Made by a program: the position numbers and the translations under genes. From the NCBI GenBank assembly GCA_035489575.1, contig DATHJY010000002.1, positions 15,080 through 79,079 on the forward strand: a stretch of 64,000 bases of DNA, written 5' to 3'. Positions 61,660-64,000 of this stretch are shown here, piece after piece (within the stretch, counting starts at the first letter, position 1; every line of letters begins with the position of its first letter). Under the pieces are notes generated by a model, which was not told where the DNA came from, searched no databases, and saw nothing but the letters and a program-made list of their open reading frames with translations. The DNA is from Verrucomicrobiia bacterium. Lineage in GTDB: Bacteria; Patescibacteriota; Saccharimonadia; Saccharimonadales; JAGQNK01.

Positions 61660-62700
61660 ATGGCAGACAAAAAACCTGCAAAGACTGAAGGTGCTCCAGA
61701 AGGCAAAGAAAAAGCCCTTGGCCTTGCTTTAGAAACAATCGAAAAGAACTTTGGCAAAGGCTCTATCATGAAACTGGGCGACGCCCACAAAACAGCGGTA
61801 GAGACTATTCCTACCGGTGCACTCAGCCTAGACCTGGCGCTGGGTGGCGGCTTGCCAAAGGGCCGCGTGATAGAAATTTATGGCCCCGAAAGCTCGGGCA
61901 AGACAACGCTCACGCTCCATGTTATTGCTGCCGTCCAAAAGCAAGGTGGCACCGCTGCATTTATAGATGCCGAGCATGCCCTGGACCCAGCCTACGCGCA
62001 GCGTATTGGGGTAGATACTGCAAATCTGTTGATTTCTCAGCCGGACAATGGTGAACAAGCTCTGGAAATTACCGAAACATTGGTGCGTTCTAACGCCGTA
62101 GATATTGTGGTGGTAGACTCGGTGGCAGCTTTGGTACCTCGGGCAGAAATCGAAGGCGACATGGGCGACAGCCTACCTGGCCTGCAAGCCCGCCTGATGA
62201 GCCAGGCCCTGCGCAAACTCACCGGCGTGATTAGCCGCAGCAAGACCACCGTGATCTTCATTAACCAGATCCGTATGAAAATTGGCGTTATGTTTGGCAA
62301 CCCAGAGACAACCACCGGCGGTAACGCGCTGAAGTTCTACGCCAGTGCCCGTATGGACATCCGCCGTATTAGCCAGATCAAACAAGGCGAAAGTATCATT
62401 GGCAACCGTACGCGGGTAAAGGTGGTCAAGAACAAGATTGCCCCGCCTTTCCGTCAGGCAGAGTTCGACATCATGTACAACGAAGGTATCAGCAAAACTG
62501 GCGACGTACTGGATCTAGCCGTAGAGCGTAATATTGTCGAGAAATCTGGTGCTTGGTTCTCTTACGGCGGCAACAAGATTGGTCAGGGCCGCGAAGCTAC
62601 CAAGGGTTACCTAAAAGAAAACCCCAAAGTCCTGGACGAGATCGAAAAGAAAGTCCGCGCCGAAGCAACCGCCGAAGCAAAAACTGCCGCCGAGAAATAA
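61660..62700 (+). CDS. recA: Recombinase RecA
   Basis: [15 protein letters not shown]...[13 protein letters not shown]...VVDSVAAL. Confidence 0.97.
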   Translation: MADKKPAKTEGAPEGKEKALGLALETIEKNFGKGSIMKLGDAHKTAVETIPTGALSLDLALGGGLPKGRVIEIYGPESSGKTTLTLHVIAAVQKQGGTAAFIDAEHALDPAYAQRIGVDTANLLISQPDNGEQALEITETLVRSNAVDIVVVDSVAALVPRAEIEGDMGDSLPGLQARLMSQALRKLTGVISRSKTTVIFINQIRMKIGVMFGNPETTTGGNALKFYASARMDIRRISQIKQGESIIGNRTRVKVVKNKIAPPFRQAEFDIMYNEGISKTGDVLDLAVERNIVEKSGAWFSYGGNKIGQGREATKGYLKENPKVLDEIEKKVRAEATAEAKTAAEK

Positions 62701-62736
62701 CCATGGATACGCAGGCATTCGAGGGCTAGGTATAAA

Positions 62737-63255
62737 ATGGCAGCCTTCACACATATTTTCGTAGTAGACGAACAAGGTAAACCGGTGGGTCTTTTCCCAA
62801 AGGAAGAGGTGTGGGCTAAGGGACTCTTGCACCGCATCGTGCGAGTCATGGCCGAGGACAGCCAGGGCCGTATCTTGCTGCAAAAACGATCACCTCATAT
62901 GGATCTCTTTCCCAATACCTGGGATCACTCAGCGGCGGGACATGTGGACGAGGGCGAGACTTACCAGCAGGCGGCGCAGCGAGAAACAGAGGAAGAGATC
63001 GGGGTCAAAAATGCCGTGCTTGAAGAAATAGCCAGTTGGTCTACCTATGACGTGGTGAATGGTCGAATCCTCAACCGTCTAAATAAACTATATCGTGCAC
63101 GCCTCGATGCCCCGTCTCTGGATCTCGAAGAAGCAGAAGTCAGTGAGGTCAGATGGTTCACGCTGGCAGAGATTAGTCGGCTCATCAGGGAACACCCCGA
63201 CCAAGTCACGCCTGGGTTGATTCAAGTCATGCAGGATTATTACAGTTTAGTATGA
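62737..63255 (+). CDS. NUDIX hydrolase
   Basis: Nudix box GHVDEGETYQQAAQRETEEEIGV. Confidence 0.85.
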   Translation: MAAFTHIFVVDEQGKPVGLFPKEEVWAKGLLHRIVRVMAEDSQGRILLQKRSPHMDLFPNTWDHSAAGHVDEGETYQQAAQRETEEEIGVKNAVLEEIASWSTYDVVNGRILNRLNKLYRARLDAPSLDLEEAEVSEVRWFTLAEISRLIREHPDQVTPGLIQVMQDYYSLV

Positions 63256-63848
63256 AGATCACAGACATCAAGCAGCAAGTGAAGCGTCAGGACCGCTACT
63301 CTATTTTTGTTGACGGCAAATACCTGTTTTCATTTTCTGAAAACGAGCTGATGAGCTCTGGCCTCAAAATCAACCAAGAATTATCAGAGCAAGAGTTGCT
63401 GGCGCTCAAAGACCAGGCGGTTTTGGACAAGGCTTATGACCGCACGCTCAACCTTATTTCGCATCGCCCTAGGTCCGAGTGGGAGCTTCGTGACTACATG
63501 AAGCACAAAGACTACGACGAAGACGTGGTCGCTCAAACGATAGAGCGGCTGAATCAGCGCGGTTACATAAACGACGCCGACTTTGCCCGGCGCTGGGTGG
63601 AAACGCGGCGATTACTGAAGAGCACCAGCAAGCGCCGGCTGGCCCAAGAGCTTCGGCACAAGCGTATCGCTGACGACATTGTCCAGCAGGTGCTCGAGGC
63701 CGACGAAACCGACGAGCACCAGGTACTACGCGAGCTGGTAGAAAGAAAGCGCAAACAAACCAAGTACCAGGACAACCTCAAGCTCATGCAGTACCTCGGC
63801 CGCCAAGGTTTCTCCTACGACGATATCAAAACTGTGCTCCAAGAATAG
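63252..63848 (+). CDS. recX: RecA regulator RecX
   Basis: Three-repeat helical pattern (...YINDADFARRWVETR...), and the position downstream of recA. Confidence 0.8.
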   Translation: MKITDIKQQVKRQDRYSIFVDGKYLFSFSENELMSSGLKINQELSEQELLALKDQAVLDKAYDRTLNLISHRPRSEWELRDYMKHKDYDEDVVAQTIERLNQRGYINDADFARRWVETRRLLKSTSKRRLAQELRHKRIADDIVQQVLEADETDEHQVLRELVERKRKQTKYQDNLKLMQYLGRQGFSYDDIKTVLQE

Positions 63849-64000
63849 GGTTCTAAGCCTCTCTGCTCGGGGCTTCCACACACACCCCCAGACAGGCGGT
63901 TCCAGAAACATGACTGACCAGTTGACAAGAACTATCCGGCCCTTGCGGAACTTGCCTGCTTTTATTAATGATTCATAGGAGTACAGGCTTCAAACAGTCC

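Noticed and set aside
1-64000. CRISPR arrays, rRNA genes, transposase/IS elements
   Set aside because: I saw no regularly spaced short direct repeats, no rRNA-like conserved stretches, and no DDE or IS-type transposase translations in any frame. The only recombinase is the serine integrase at 10510-12177.

Overview
This 64-kb chromosomal window looks most like a small-genome Patescibacteria/CPR bacterium, probably Saccharibacteria-like. That assignment is an inference from gene content: a compact housekeeping set, a large type IV pilus (T4P) system, ComEC, DUF5659, LTD surface proteins and no biosynthetic operons.

Backbone genes:
- dnaK / J-domain protein / cutA / dnaJ chaperone cluster with a CIRCE-like operator
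- RimB-like protease and rimK, DUF192, an M23 peptidase
- a KAS III (FabH-like) enzyme, comEC, yebC, an IMPase, an LTD surface protein
- ruvC, then ruvA / S51 peptidase / ruvB
- a KAP P-loop NTPase
- the T4P genes pilM/N/O, minor pilins, a LamG tip-like protein, pilA, pilC and pilB
- a multicopper oxidase, then recA / Nudix / recX

The main accessory feature is an AT-rich island of about 16.3 kb (roughly 10.55-26.87 kb) at tRNA-Lys(UUU). It carries:
- a large serine recombinase
- a satellite-like regulatory / replication / TerS-like module
- a tightly coupled class-2-DISARM-like operon: an unknown 862-aa protein, a NERD-SF1 helicase, a DrmA-like helicase, a DrmB-like DUF1998 protein and a convergent C5-methyltransferase. 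No PLD nuclease is visible.
- a DUF4238 gene with small companion ORFs

Other oddities:
- tRNA-Lys-derived pseudogenes on both sides of the island
- a NYN-domain gene inserted between cutA and dnaJ, bounded by a 49-bp duplication of the dnaJ start
- a duplicated vapB antitoxin flanking a gene for a hyper-acidic protein
- patches with very GC3-rich (actinobacterial-style) codon usage
- a tandem pair of structured non-coding repeats of about 268 nt

I saw no rRNA genes and no CRISPR arrays. All calls come from reading the sequence and the ORF translations by eye; no database search was run.
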